Assembly: GCF_963921235.1 (NCBI RefSeq)
Contig: NC_086107.1
Location: forward strand, 103,790,001 to 103,854,000
Origin: Mobula hypostoma
Taxonomy: Eukaryota
Direction: 5' to 3'
Length of the DNA: 64,000 nucleotides
This document shows, piece after piece, positions 25,687-37,600 of this stretch (positions within the stretch are counted from its first letter, which is position 1; each line of letters begins with the position of its first letter). The notes under the pieces were generated by a model. It was not told where the DNA came from, did not search any database, and saw nothing but the letters and a program-made list of their open reading frames with translations. The position numbers and the translations under genes were made by a program.

Positions 25687-28600
25687 ATAGCTCTGGGCCT
25701 CTATTCGCTGGAATTCAGAAGAGTGAGGGGTGGATCGCATTGAAACCTATCGGATGTTGAAAGGCCTCGATAGAGTGGATGTGGAGAGAACATTTGCTAT
25801 GGTGGGAGAGTCTCGCACCAGAGGACACAGCCTCTGAATTAGAGGGGTGTCCTTTTCGAATGGAGATGAGGAAGAATTTCTCCAGCCAGTGGGTGGTGCC
25901 TCTGTGGGATTTGTTGCCACAGCGGATGTGGAAGCCAAGTCAGTGGGTGTATTTAAGGCAGAGGTTGATAGATTTTTGGTGAACACAGCAGGCCAGGCAG
26001 CATCTATAGGAAGAGGCGCAGTCGACGTTTCAGGCCGAGACCCTTCGTCAGGACTAACTGAAGGAAGAGTGAGTAAGGGATTTGAAAGCTTACTCACTCT
26101 TCCTTCAGTTAGTCCTGACGAAGGGTCTCGGCCTGAAACGTCGACTGCGCCTCTTCCTATAGATGCTGCCTGGCCTGCTGCGTTCACCAGCAACTTTGAT
26201 GTATGTTGCTTGAATTTCCAGCATCTGCAGAATTCCTGTTGTTTGATAGATTTTTGATTGGTTAGGGCATGAAGGGATTTGGGGAGAAGGCAGGAGACTG
26301 GGGCCAAGAGGAAGAATGGATCAGCCATGATGAAATGGCAGAAGAGACTCAATGGGCCGAATGGCCTAATTCTGCTTGTTTATCTTATATGTGTCTAAGG
26401 CTTTTACACAGAGCAGTATCCAGCCAGAACCCAGACTACTCTGGGGCAACAGTCTCTGATATTGAGTTGACTGGACTCTCAGCACCAACCCACCCATGCT
26501 GGTTCCAGGGATCGGTACATCATCAATTGCTGAAAAATTAACAGTCGGATGGACCTTTATCATTGGTGCATTTCCGATCGTCTCATCACAGGAAGGGTGT
26601 GGAGACTTTGAAGAGGGTGCGGGAGGTTTACTCGGATGCTGTCTAGGTTAGAGGGCACGTACTACATGAAGGATTCTCACAAAGTGGGTTTGTTTTTTCT
26701 GGAGGATCAGAGACTGAGGGGGGTCCTGATAGAGTTTGTAGGATTTACAACGGTTTTCTGGTTTGATTTAATATCAGAGAGCGTGTGCAGTTTACAGCCT
26801 GAAATTCTTACCCTTCACAGACATCCACAAAACAGGGGAAAAAACCCAAAGAATGAATGATGGACAACATTAGAACCTGAAGAACCCCCCACTCCCCCAT
26901 CAAGCTGCAGTAATGTGTCAATGCTCCCCCCTCACTTGCTCCAGAAAAAAATCAACCCCCTCCCCCAGGGGAAGCGGGGGAAGGAGGCTAGTTGGAAGGC
27001 AATAGGAGAAGCCAGGTGAGTGGGAGAGGAAGGAATCTGATAGGAAAGGAGAGTGGACCATAGGAGGAGGGGACCCAGGGGGAGGTGAGAAGGTAAAACG
27101 TCAGAGTGGGGACATTTAATTAGCCTGGCCTAACATTGTGGGTGAAGGGCCGCACTGCTCTACGTTCTGATCAAAGGGTAGACCCTGCAACCAGGCTCAC
27201 AGGACAGGGGGACAAGGTCAAGTTGAACAGAGACTGTCCCAGCCCAGACTAGTCCAACCCATTCAGAATCAAAACGAGAAGCTGTTGGAAATACTCAGTG
27301 GGTCAGTCTCCATGGGTGGGAACAGATAACATTTCAGGTTAAAGACCGTTCATTAGAAATGGAAGGAGGCAGAAGTTCGTTCACCTGTAAGGAAGGTGGG
27401 TGAGGGGAGACATTGCTGGTGGGGTGAAACCAGGGTGCATTTTCAATTGCAGCACCAACCTGCTAGAGGAACTCGGTAGATCGAGCAGCATCTGTGGGAG
27501 GGGGGCGGGTGGTTTACAGGAATCGTCCATGCTTGGATTCATACTGGAGTGGGAAGGAAGCTGCCCCTTTTCCCTCTCCTCTTTACACCGGCTTTCTTGC
27601 CTTCTTTCCCCTCTGCCGTCAGTCCCAATGGAGGGTCTCGATCCTAAACATCAACAACTCTCTTCCCCCACTCCCTCCCCACACACAGAGGCCGCTCACC
27701 CCGCTGAGTTCCTCCAGCACCTTTTGTTTTAGCTGACTCGTCAGGGCCCCCCCCCCCCCCCGCTCCGCTCCCCGCAGACGCCGCCTGGCCTGCTGAGTGT
27801 TCCAGCACCCTCTGTTTTTATCTCAGGTTTCCCCGCGGCTGCGGTCCCTTTCGATTTGCAGCCCATGGGCTCGAAGGTGAGGCCGGCACAGTCTGAGTCC
27901 GGGGAGCATTACCTGGGTCTTCTCCGTCAGTGGGCTGCTGCCAGGAGCTCGGCAGAACCCAACTTCCTGCGTGACGTTCAAGTCGGTGAAATTTTTGGAG
28001 AAAGAGCTGTGGCAGGAACACGGGAAGGGGAAGAACTGTTTTTCACTCGGCTCTGAAGCATTGCTTACAATGCTAGGGTTCTTCTGCCACTCCATAGAGT
28101 TGTTCCAGCCGCAACAAGCGAACTACAAAAGGGGGAAAAGGTTTCGTTCATTAAACATGGTACTCCATGGCTAGAACATGATGTGTCAGTCTGTGACTTT
28201 ACAGTAGCCCAACTATAAATGTTTAATTCCACTCATGAGCTGAAGTAAAGTTAAAAAAAAAACCCTCCCCACCCCCAAAGCTCCAGGGTAAAAATTAGCC
28301 CCTGCCCTGCAGAGACTTGTGTGGAATCACCCCCCCTCCACCCCACTACCAAACTGGCAAATCAATTTCGTACTGTCACACCTACCAAGGTACAGCGACA
28401 TAACTTGGATTTGCACGCTGCCCAACATCAGTACATCGAGTAAGTACAAGGGAAGAGAGCAAGCGCAGAGCGCAGAATAGAGTGTAGCAGTCACTAAGAA
28501 AGCACTGAGCTCGCTGTCAATAAGGTGCAAGGCATGACAAGGCAGATCCTGAGGGTGACAGTGCGTATTATCATACAAGCACTCTGCTTAATCGTTTCAC

Positions 28601-31600
28601 AAGTGCGGGATAGGAGCTGTCCTTCAGACCGGTGGTACAGGCTTCCAGGCTTTTGTGTCTTTTGCCTGATGGAAAAGGGGGAGAAGAGGGGATGCTAGGG
28701 GTGGGGGGAGTGGGATCGTTGCATTGACTGCTGCTTGTTGAACGCAAACTGCTGGAGAAACGCGATGGGTGGGGCAGGCCGTTCGCAGCAGCCCTACATT
28801 AATTTCATTTTATTTTAAAGATTGGCTTTACCCGCCGCGTGCGCGTCGAAGCGCCGGATGCGCCGAGGACCGGCACGGTCCGAGGGTGTGCTGGGGGCGG
28901 CCCGCAAGTGTCACTAGGCTTCCCGCGCCAGTATAGCACGCTGCGCACCCCACTCCCGCTGACCCACACAGCCTCGGAATGTGGGAGGAAACGGGAGCAG
29001 CCGGAGCAATCCCACCCGGTCACGGGGAGGCGTTCGGGCAGCGGCGGGAATTGAACCCCCAGTCGCTGAAGTTGTGCAGTGTTACACTGACCACGGTGCT
29101 ACTGTGATGCCCTTCTGCATTCCTCAACAGCACCCGTCCGAGTTTACCACTCAGCCACATGCTAGAGGCTACACACAGCAACCAACTAATCTCGCAGCCT
29201 GCCCACCCACCTTCCCCCTCGAGTGGTCTCATCTGCCGGCTTCTATTCTTTCCCCTCCCCCCCCCAACACACTTATTCTGGCTTCTGCCACCTTCCTTTC
29301 CAGTCCCGACGAAGGGTCTCAGCCTGAAATGTTAACTGCTTATTCTCCTCCGTAGACGCCGCCCGACTGACTGAGTACTTGCCGCATTTTGTGTGTGTGT
29401 TGCTCGAGTTCCCCAACGTGCCCTGAATCTCTCTCTGCTCACAACCTACCGATCAATGCGCTTTCGGGACGTGGGAGGGACCCAGGGGAAGTCCACACGG
29501 TTACAGGCAGAGGATGCAAACTCCACACAAACAGCGCCGGAAGTCAGGTTGGACCCGAGGTCCATGGCGCGGCGGGAGAGCGGCCCAACGCCGTACCACC
29601 GTGCAGACCCGCAATGAAGACAGTCCGTGTCTCAGGCAACTGCTAGCCTTGCCAAGGAAGACCATATTTCCCAAATACATTTTTTAAAAACCCTCATCTG
29701 GAAGGAATGTGCTTGCAATTTTTCCCTCCGCGCCGCCCATTCTCCTGCCCAACGTACGTAACTGAGCAAAGTGTCCATCCATTGAAAGGTCAGGGATTCA
29801 GCCTGCAGGATCTACCCTGGGCCCTACACTTTGATGCAATCACGATGAAGACATGGCTGCAGCTCTACTTCATTAGAAGTTTGAGGAGATTTGGTAATGT
29901 CAGCAAAGACTCCAAGCAAAATGTCTGCACAGAGGTGGAGAGCACTCTGCTGGCTGCAGGAACCTGCAGAGGGTTGTAGACCTAACCAGCTCCCTCATGG
30001 GCACAGGCCTTCCCTCCATCGAGGCTATCGTCAGAGGGCAATGCCTCAAAGAGGCAATATCCATCATTAAAGACCCTCACCCTCCAGGACATCCCCTCTT
30101 CTCATTACTTCCATCAGGGAGGAGCTACAGGAGCCCGAAGACCCACACCCAGTGTTTTAGCAACAGCTTCGTCAGATTTCTGAACGGTCCATGAACCCCT
30201 GAAAGTTACCTCGCTCTTTCTCTTTTGCACTTTTTTATTGTAAATAATTTTAATCTTATCATGTCTTGCACCGTACAGCTGCCACAAAACAACAAACTTC
30301 ACAGCACATCACCGAGGATCTCACGTGGCCTGTACATACCGGCTGTGTGGTGAAAAAAGCACAACAGCACCTTTCACCTCAGACGGTTGAAGAAGTTTGG
30401 CATGAGTCCCCAAATCCTAAGGAGTTTCTACAGGGGCACAATTGAGAGCATCCTGACTGGCTGCGTCACTGCCTGGTATAGGAACTGTACTTCCCTCAAT
30501 CGCAGGACTCTGCAGAGAGTGGTGCGGACAGCCCAGTGCATCTGTAGACTTCCCACTATTCAGGACGTTTACAAAGAGAGGTGTGTAAAAAGGGCCCGAA
30601 GGATCATTGGGGACCCGAGTCACCCCAACCACAGACTATTCCAGCTGCTACTATCCGGAAAACGGTACCGCAGCATAAAAGCCAGGACCAACAGGCTCCG
30701 GGACAGCTTCTTCCACCAAGCAATCAGACTGATTAATTCATGCTGATACAATTGTATTTCTATGTTATACTGACTGTCCTGTCGTACATACTATTTATTA
30801 CCAATTACTATAAATTGCAGAGTGCACATTTAGACAGAGACATAACGTAAACAATTTTTACTCCTCATGTATGTGAAGGATGTCTGTAATAAAGTCAATT
30901 CAATTCTGCCGTTGTTGACAACAGGAATTCTGCAGATGCTGGAAATTCAAGCAACACACATCAAAGTTGCTGGTGAATGCAGCAGGCCAGGCAGCATCTC
31001 TAGGAAGAGGTGCAGTCGACGTTTCAGGCCGAGACCCTTCGTCAGGACTAACTGAAGGAAGAGTGAGTAAGAGATTTGAAAGTGGGAGGGGGAGGGGGAG
31101 ATCCAAAATGATAGGAGAAGACAGGAGGGGGAGGGATGGAGCCAAGAGCTGGACAGGTGATTGGCAAAGGGGATATGAGAGGATCATGGGACAGGAGGTC
31201 CGGGAAGAAAGACGGGGGGTGGGGGGGGACCCAGAGGATGGGCAAGAGGTATATTCAGGGGGACAGAGGAAGAAAAAGGAGAGTGAGAGAAAGAATGTGT
31301 GTATAAAAATAAGTAACAGATGGGGTATGAGGGGGAGGTGGGGCATTAGCGGAAGTTAGAGAAGTCGATGTTCATGCCATCAGGTTGGAGGCTACCCAGA
31401 CGGAATATAAGGTGTTGTTCCTCCAACCTGAGTGTGGCTTCATCTTTACAGTAGAGGAGGCCGTGGATAGACATGTCAGAATGGGAATGGGATGTGGAGT
31501 TAAAATCTGTGGCCATTGGGAGATCCTGCTTTCTCTGGCGGACAGGGTGTAGGTGTTCAGCAAAGCGGTCTCCCAGTCTGCGTCGGGTCTCGCCAATATA

Positions 31601-34600
31601 TAAAAGGCCACATCGGGAGCACCGGACGCAGTATATCACCCCAGCTGACTGCTGTTGTTGATGCTGGTTGCGTTGTCCTGCTGAGCATTGTAGGCACCAT
31701 ATTTCGGAGCTGGAATACATAGTGACACTTGCGGTCTGCCTCCAGCATGTCCTTAGTAATGTTGGCTGTTAACACAAACGACCAACTGTATGTTTCGATG
31801 TAGGTGTGTTAAAAAAAAATTTGGATCTTAATCTGAATGTCAGTAATTCTGATCCGGCCTGTAGGGGAGAGATTGGCCAGAGGGTGGCGCTGCCATTCAC
31901 CCTCCATTCCTTTCCTGTCCACATACCTATCCAATTTTTTTTAAATGACAAAATCGAACCTGCCTCTACAGTTACATCGAAACCAACAGTGAAACGCGTC
32001 ACTTGCGTCAACGACTAACACAGTCCGAGGATGTGCTTGGGCAGCCCGCAAGTGTCGCCACGTTTCCTGCGCCAACGTAGCACGCCCAGAACTTACTAAC
32101 CCTAACCCGCACGTCTTTGGAATGCTGGATGAATCTCACACAGTCACGGGGGGATGTGTGAACTCCTTACAGTCAGCAGTGGGAATCGAACCCCCGTCGC
32201 TGGCGCTGTAAAAGTTCCACGCTAACCACTGCGCTACTGTGCGCCCTTTCCTTCAGTCATTAGCTTCCTGAACCAATCCGCACAACCCTAATCGCCAGGG
32301 TTTAGCAACACACTTAAATCACTTTTCACTAAAATGGACTGTGTTTCACACACACACACACACACATTACTTCATTAGGGTTTTGAGGAGATCTGGTACG
32401 TCATCAGAGACTCTACAGATGTACTGTGGAGAGCATTCTGAGTGGTCGTGTCAGTGCCGGGAGTGGAAGACTCCCAGCTCCATCACGGGCACTACCTACC
32501 TGTGATGGAGAGCACTTGGTCAAGACACTGCCTACACACGCTCATTCACTCACAAACATCGGCTTGTCCTTCTGCTGAGCGCAACGTCTTCCTGGTATGT
32601 TGCCATAACGGGCCCTAAACCGAGCTGATGCGCTCGGGTTGGCTTTTTGGTGCCTTTCCCGCCAAACACGGCAAAATATTCAATTTCTTTAGTAATGGGG
32701 ATGTATAAATGTGTATATGCTGTCAGTGGGCACGTGGCCAAGTGGTTAAGGTATTCGACTAGCAATCTGAAGGTCGTGAGTTCGATCCCCAGCCGAGGGA
32801 ACTTGTTGTGTCCTTGAGCAAGGCACTTAATCACACATTGCTCTGCGACCACACTGGTGCCAAGCTGTATGGGTCCTAATGCCCTTCCCTTGGACAACAT
32901 CAGTGTTGTGGAGAGGGGAGACTTGCCCAGGCCTGCGCCCTGGAGAGTGAAGACTTTCCAGGCGCAGATCCATGGTCTCGCAAGACTAACGGATGCCTTT
33001 ACTTTATGCTGTTTGTATTTAAGGTAGATACTCCTGTTTATTTTGCCGGTCTTCCATACAACCTTGCCCAGGCCTGCGCCCTGGAGAGTGAAGACTTTCC
33101 AGGCGCAGATCCATGGTCTCGCAAGACTAACGGATGCCTTTACTTTATGCTGTTTGTATTTAAGGTAGATACTCCTGTTTATTTTGCAATATGATCGTAA
33201 GTACATTGCGGGCTGCATCGTATTCTGATTCACGTGTAGTCTTAAGTTAACATTGTTGGTATGTCCTACAGTTAAAAAAAAAGGAGCTGATCACCTTCAG
33301 TAGGGGAGAGAGATAGGGGCTGCTAGAGGGTCACACTGGACATGAAAAAAGTTGGAGTTTTCAGTGTGTTCTCTTCTAGAATTTTTGTTTAAATATTGGC
33401 ATATTTCCTTTCACTGATTTTTGTAGGTTTTTGATGCACCTAATACACTAAAGTGCTTAGTGACTCCAGCCAGCTTCTCTTTGCTCATAACCTCCATATT
33501 TAACCGTCTTTAAAAGGTGATGCCGCAAGAGGTGGTATCCTTCGTGAAGGACCCTCACATCCAACTCAAGCCCTCTTCTCTTTCCCACCATCAGGAAGGA
33601 AGCACAGGAACCTGAAGATGTACACTCAGTATTTTAGCGACAGCTTCTCCCCCTCCACCACCGGATTTCTGAACATCCATGAACATTACCTCACTATTTC
33701 CCTCTCTTTTTGCACTGCACATTTATTTTTTAATCTATTTCTTATTGTAACCGATAATATTTTTTAATGTTATGCACTGTACTGCTGCCACAAACAATAA
33801 TCTTCACGACATATGTCAGTGATGATAAAGCCAATTCTGTTTTCGTGCTTGTAAAAATGTTGTGCATTACTCATGTTTAGATTATTTCTTGCAAATGCAA
33901 ATTAAATGTCGCAATGTGCCCGTGACGCCACCACAAGGAAGCTTTTCATTGCACCTGTACACGTGTTTGTGCAGATGACGATAAACCCGACTTTGACCCC
34001 GCACCTAATCAACACGCACAGCACGCTGGGGGAACTCAGCAGGCCAGGCAGCATCTGCGGAAAGCAGTAAACAGTCGCCAGTTCAGGCCCAGACCCTTCA
34101 TCGCGACTGGAAAGTCAGAACAAGAAGGTGGGGGTGGGGGGGGGGAATGGTGGGGAAGAAGGACAAGGTGGCAGGTGATGGGTGAATCTGGGAGAGGGGG
34201 AGGGGTGAGGTAAAGAGCTGGGAAGTTGGTAAGTGAGAGAGATAACAGGGCTGGAGGAGGGGGAATTTGATAGGAGAGGGTAGAAGACTGTGGAAGAAAA
34301 GGAAGGGGGAGGAGCACCCAGAGGGAGCTGATGGGCAGGTAAGGAAACAAGGTGAGAGAGGGAAGCAGGTACTGGGGGAACGGTGAGGGGGGAGGGGCAA
34401 TTACTGAAAGTTTGAGATTTTGATGTTTGCGCCATTGATGTTCATGCCCCATACTTGATGTTTGACTCTGACTGGAATTGCTGGGGTGAACGTCTTCCGA
34501 CCAAGGTGATTCGCTGTTGCCACGGTAACAAACCACCTGAGTCCTTTAACTACGTTACCCGGCAACCATTAGCGTTATAATGAGGGAACGAGATCAGCCA

Positions 34601-37600
34601 TTCATAAATATTACATTGGTGTAAGATCAGATACGAAGGGACCATGGTACAGGCGGCCTGCGGCTCCCTCTATTCATCTGGTTTCAGTTTCCATTCACAA
34701 ATCAAAGGTTAAAGTGTATGCGACTTCAGAGCTCAGCTGAGCAGTGCCACTGTAATCAGAAACCATCTGCTCCTGATCTGTGCAGGGTCTAAGATCGATC
34801 CAACCCTTCCCTCCCACATAGCCCTCCAGTTTCCTTTCACCTAAATCTCTCTTGAGTATCCCTAATGATTCTGCCTCAGTCAGGCCTCTCTTCTCTCTAC
34901 CACCATTGGACCCACACCACCAGGCTCAGAAACTATTATGACCCTACACCCACCAGGCTCCTGAACCAGCATGGATAACTTCACGCGACCTCAACTCTGA
35001 ACTGGTTCCACAACCTACAGACTCACTTTCGCGGCCTCTACAACTCATGTTCTCGGTGTTATTTATTTTTGTATTTGCACAGCTCGTCTTCTTTTGCACA
35101 TTGGTTGATTGCCCGTCTTTGTGCGTTTGTTTATTGACATAGAGTGCTATGGAAGCTTGTACGGCGTATAGCTCTGGGTTTGTGCTCCAAATGGGTTTTT
35201 TTTTTCCTCGTTTTTTTTTGTTAGTAGGGGTTCTTTTTCCCTTCTTTCTTTTTTCCAAAAAAAAGCTTTAACTTTTTTTTATTATATTATTGATATAATG
35301 TTTAGCTTGGTGATAGTTTAACTCTTATTATACATATTGATATGTTGACTTGATTATTTTAATGTATTTTTTTGTTGTTGATCTTCAACAATAATTAATA
35401 AAAAGATTTAAAAACGAAAATGAATGACATACAGTGCAGAGTTGGCCCTGAGCCACCCCACCCAGCAACTCCGCCCCCCCCGCCACTCCTCACGGTCACG
35501 GGGAGGTCCCTGGAACTGTAAAGCGTTGTGCTAACCGCTACCCAACCACGCTGCCCCATATAGATATAGTTTTTCATAAGTTCTATCGTACTTCTTTATT
35601 TCCCTGTAAATGAGTCTCAAGGTGACATATACGTACTTTGATAACAGATCTATTTTGATGCCAACCACCACCCCTGACGCACATACCCATCTCCGACTGA
35701 GAAACCTGGCCCCGATATCCTTCTGTACTTATATCCAAAGCCCTTGTGTTAGCCACAGCGTTTGAATTCTCCTCTCACCTTGAGCTGGATATAATCCCAA
35801 CTGTCCTCCAGGTTCTGAAACTGTTTGTCATTCCGGTTGTACTTCGTAATCAGGTCTTTCACTGCGAAACTTAGCTTCCTCTCAATCTGAGTGAGGACGA
35901 GGAAGATGGAAAACAGGCTCAGCTGAGCTGGAGTAATCCCAGAGGCCCCAGAACTTCACACCCACGTCCATTTCATCCACCCCTTTACCTCGGACAGATC
36001 TCCCACGTTTCATGGCCGTCAGAGGGAGCCTCGAGGGGAGGTGAAACGGGGTTGAATTGTCGAGTACCGGGGGAATAGCTTTACGGCGAGAGGGGGAAGG
36101 TTTTAAAGATGTGTGGGGCAAAGTTACTTTTTAACACAGTGCTTAGAGTGAGCTGCCAGGGGAAAATACAACTGTCGCGTTTAAGAGGCTGTACAGCCAA
36201 GAATGTCAGGAATCAAGGAAGGGGTCCTTGGTATGAGCTGGGATTTTGCAGAGGAGATTGAAAGGTGATTGATCGAAGTGTATAAGAAGCACAGACAGAG
36301 TGGACAGCCGGTACCTTTCTCCCCAGGCTAACAATGGCCAGTTCTAGAGGATGTCCTTTCAAGATGAGCAGGGGGAAGTTCTGAGTAGGATTTTGGCACG
36401 GAGAGTAGTAAATACTTGGATCACCCTTCTGGGTGCAGTAGTAAATACTTGGATCACCCTTCTGGGTGCAGTAGCAGTGGCAGATACACTTGGGACATTT
36501 AAAAGACTCTTAGACAGGCCGACGGATGAAAGAAAAATGGAGGATGATGTGCTTTGTGGGAGGAAAGGGCTAGATCAGGGGTCCCCAACCTTTTTTATGA
36601 CCTGCACCAATGCCATTAAGCAAGGGGTCCTCAGACCCCAGGATGGGAACCCCTCTTGGAGTAGGTTTAAAGGCTGGCACAATATAAAGCACTGGTGAGG
36701 CCTCACTTGGAGCACTGTGGGGCCCCTTATCTCAGAAAGGAAATGCTGACACTGGAGAGGGTTCAAAGGAGGCTCACGAAAATGATTCCAGGATTGAACC
36801 CGCTTGTCATATGAAGAGCGCTCTGAGCCTGCATTGACTAGAATTCAGAAGAATGAGGGGTGACCTCATTGAACGGTGAAAGGCCTTGATAAGAGCGGGT
36901 GTGGAGAGGATGCTTCCTATGTCTATGTGTGGAGAGTCTAAGACCAGAGGACCCAGCCTCAGAATAGAGGGGTGTTCTTTGAGAATGGAGATGAGCAGAA
37001 ATTCCTTTAGCCAGAGAGTGGTGAAACTATGGAATTCTTTGCCACTGGCAGCTGTGAAGGCCAAGTCTTTACATATACTTAAGGCAAAGGTTGATAGATT
37101 CTTGGTTGATTGTTCAGGGCATGAAGGGATACGGGGAGAAGGCAGGAGATTGGGGCTGAGAGGAAAATTGGATCAGCCATGGGGAAATGGGAGCACAAAC
37201 TCAATAGGCCGAATGGCCTGATTCTGGTCCAATATCTTGTGGTCTTATGGCTTAACATCATGGGCAAAGGGTCTGTGCTGTTCTATGCCATAATATGCAG
37301 GGAACAGAGGGATATGGATTACGTGCAGACAGAAGATATTTGTCGTTGTGTCCAGCACAGACTTAATGGGCCGAAAGGTCTGTTCCTGGAGCTGGTCACG
37401 GTTCTACTTGACCAATCACTCAGTCAAAGAGCTGGGCTTTAGAGAGCTTCTGTGATAGTGGGGGGCTGGGGAGGGGGACGGTTGGAGGAATGGGGTGAGG
37501 TGATTGGGATGGCCAAGAGAGATGGGATATCTGAGCGGCCGTGGGGGAGGAGGTGAATGGGAAGGGCGGAGGGTGGCTGAGGGAGGCTGAGAGGAGAAGG

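Larger units (their letters stand above)
25979..26242. mobile_element. Penelope-derived insertion with 5' inversion (101-bp inverted repeat), nested in a CR1 fragment
   Basis: Arms 25977-26077 and 26089-26189 with one mismatch and an 11-nt spacer; target-site duplication ttgatagatttttg at 25965-25978 and 26243-26256. Confidence 0.9.
25690..26390 (+). mobile_element. CR1 LINE 3' fragment interrupted by the Penelope insertion
   Basis: Encodes [15 protein letters not shown] and has the typical 3' tail gggccgaatggcctaattctgct. Confidence 0.8.

Noticed and set aside
32728..32800. tRNA gene (also 14664-14745)
   Set aside because: A and B boxes are present but run into SINE bodies; no convincing cloverleaf or terminator.
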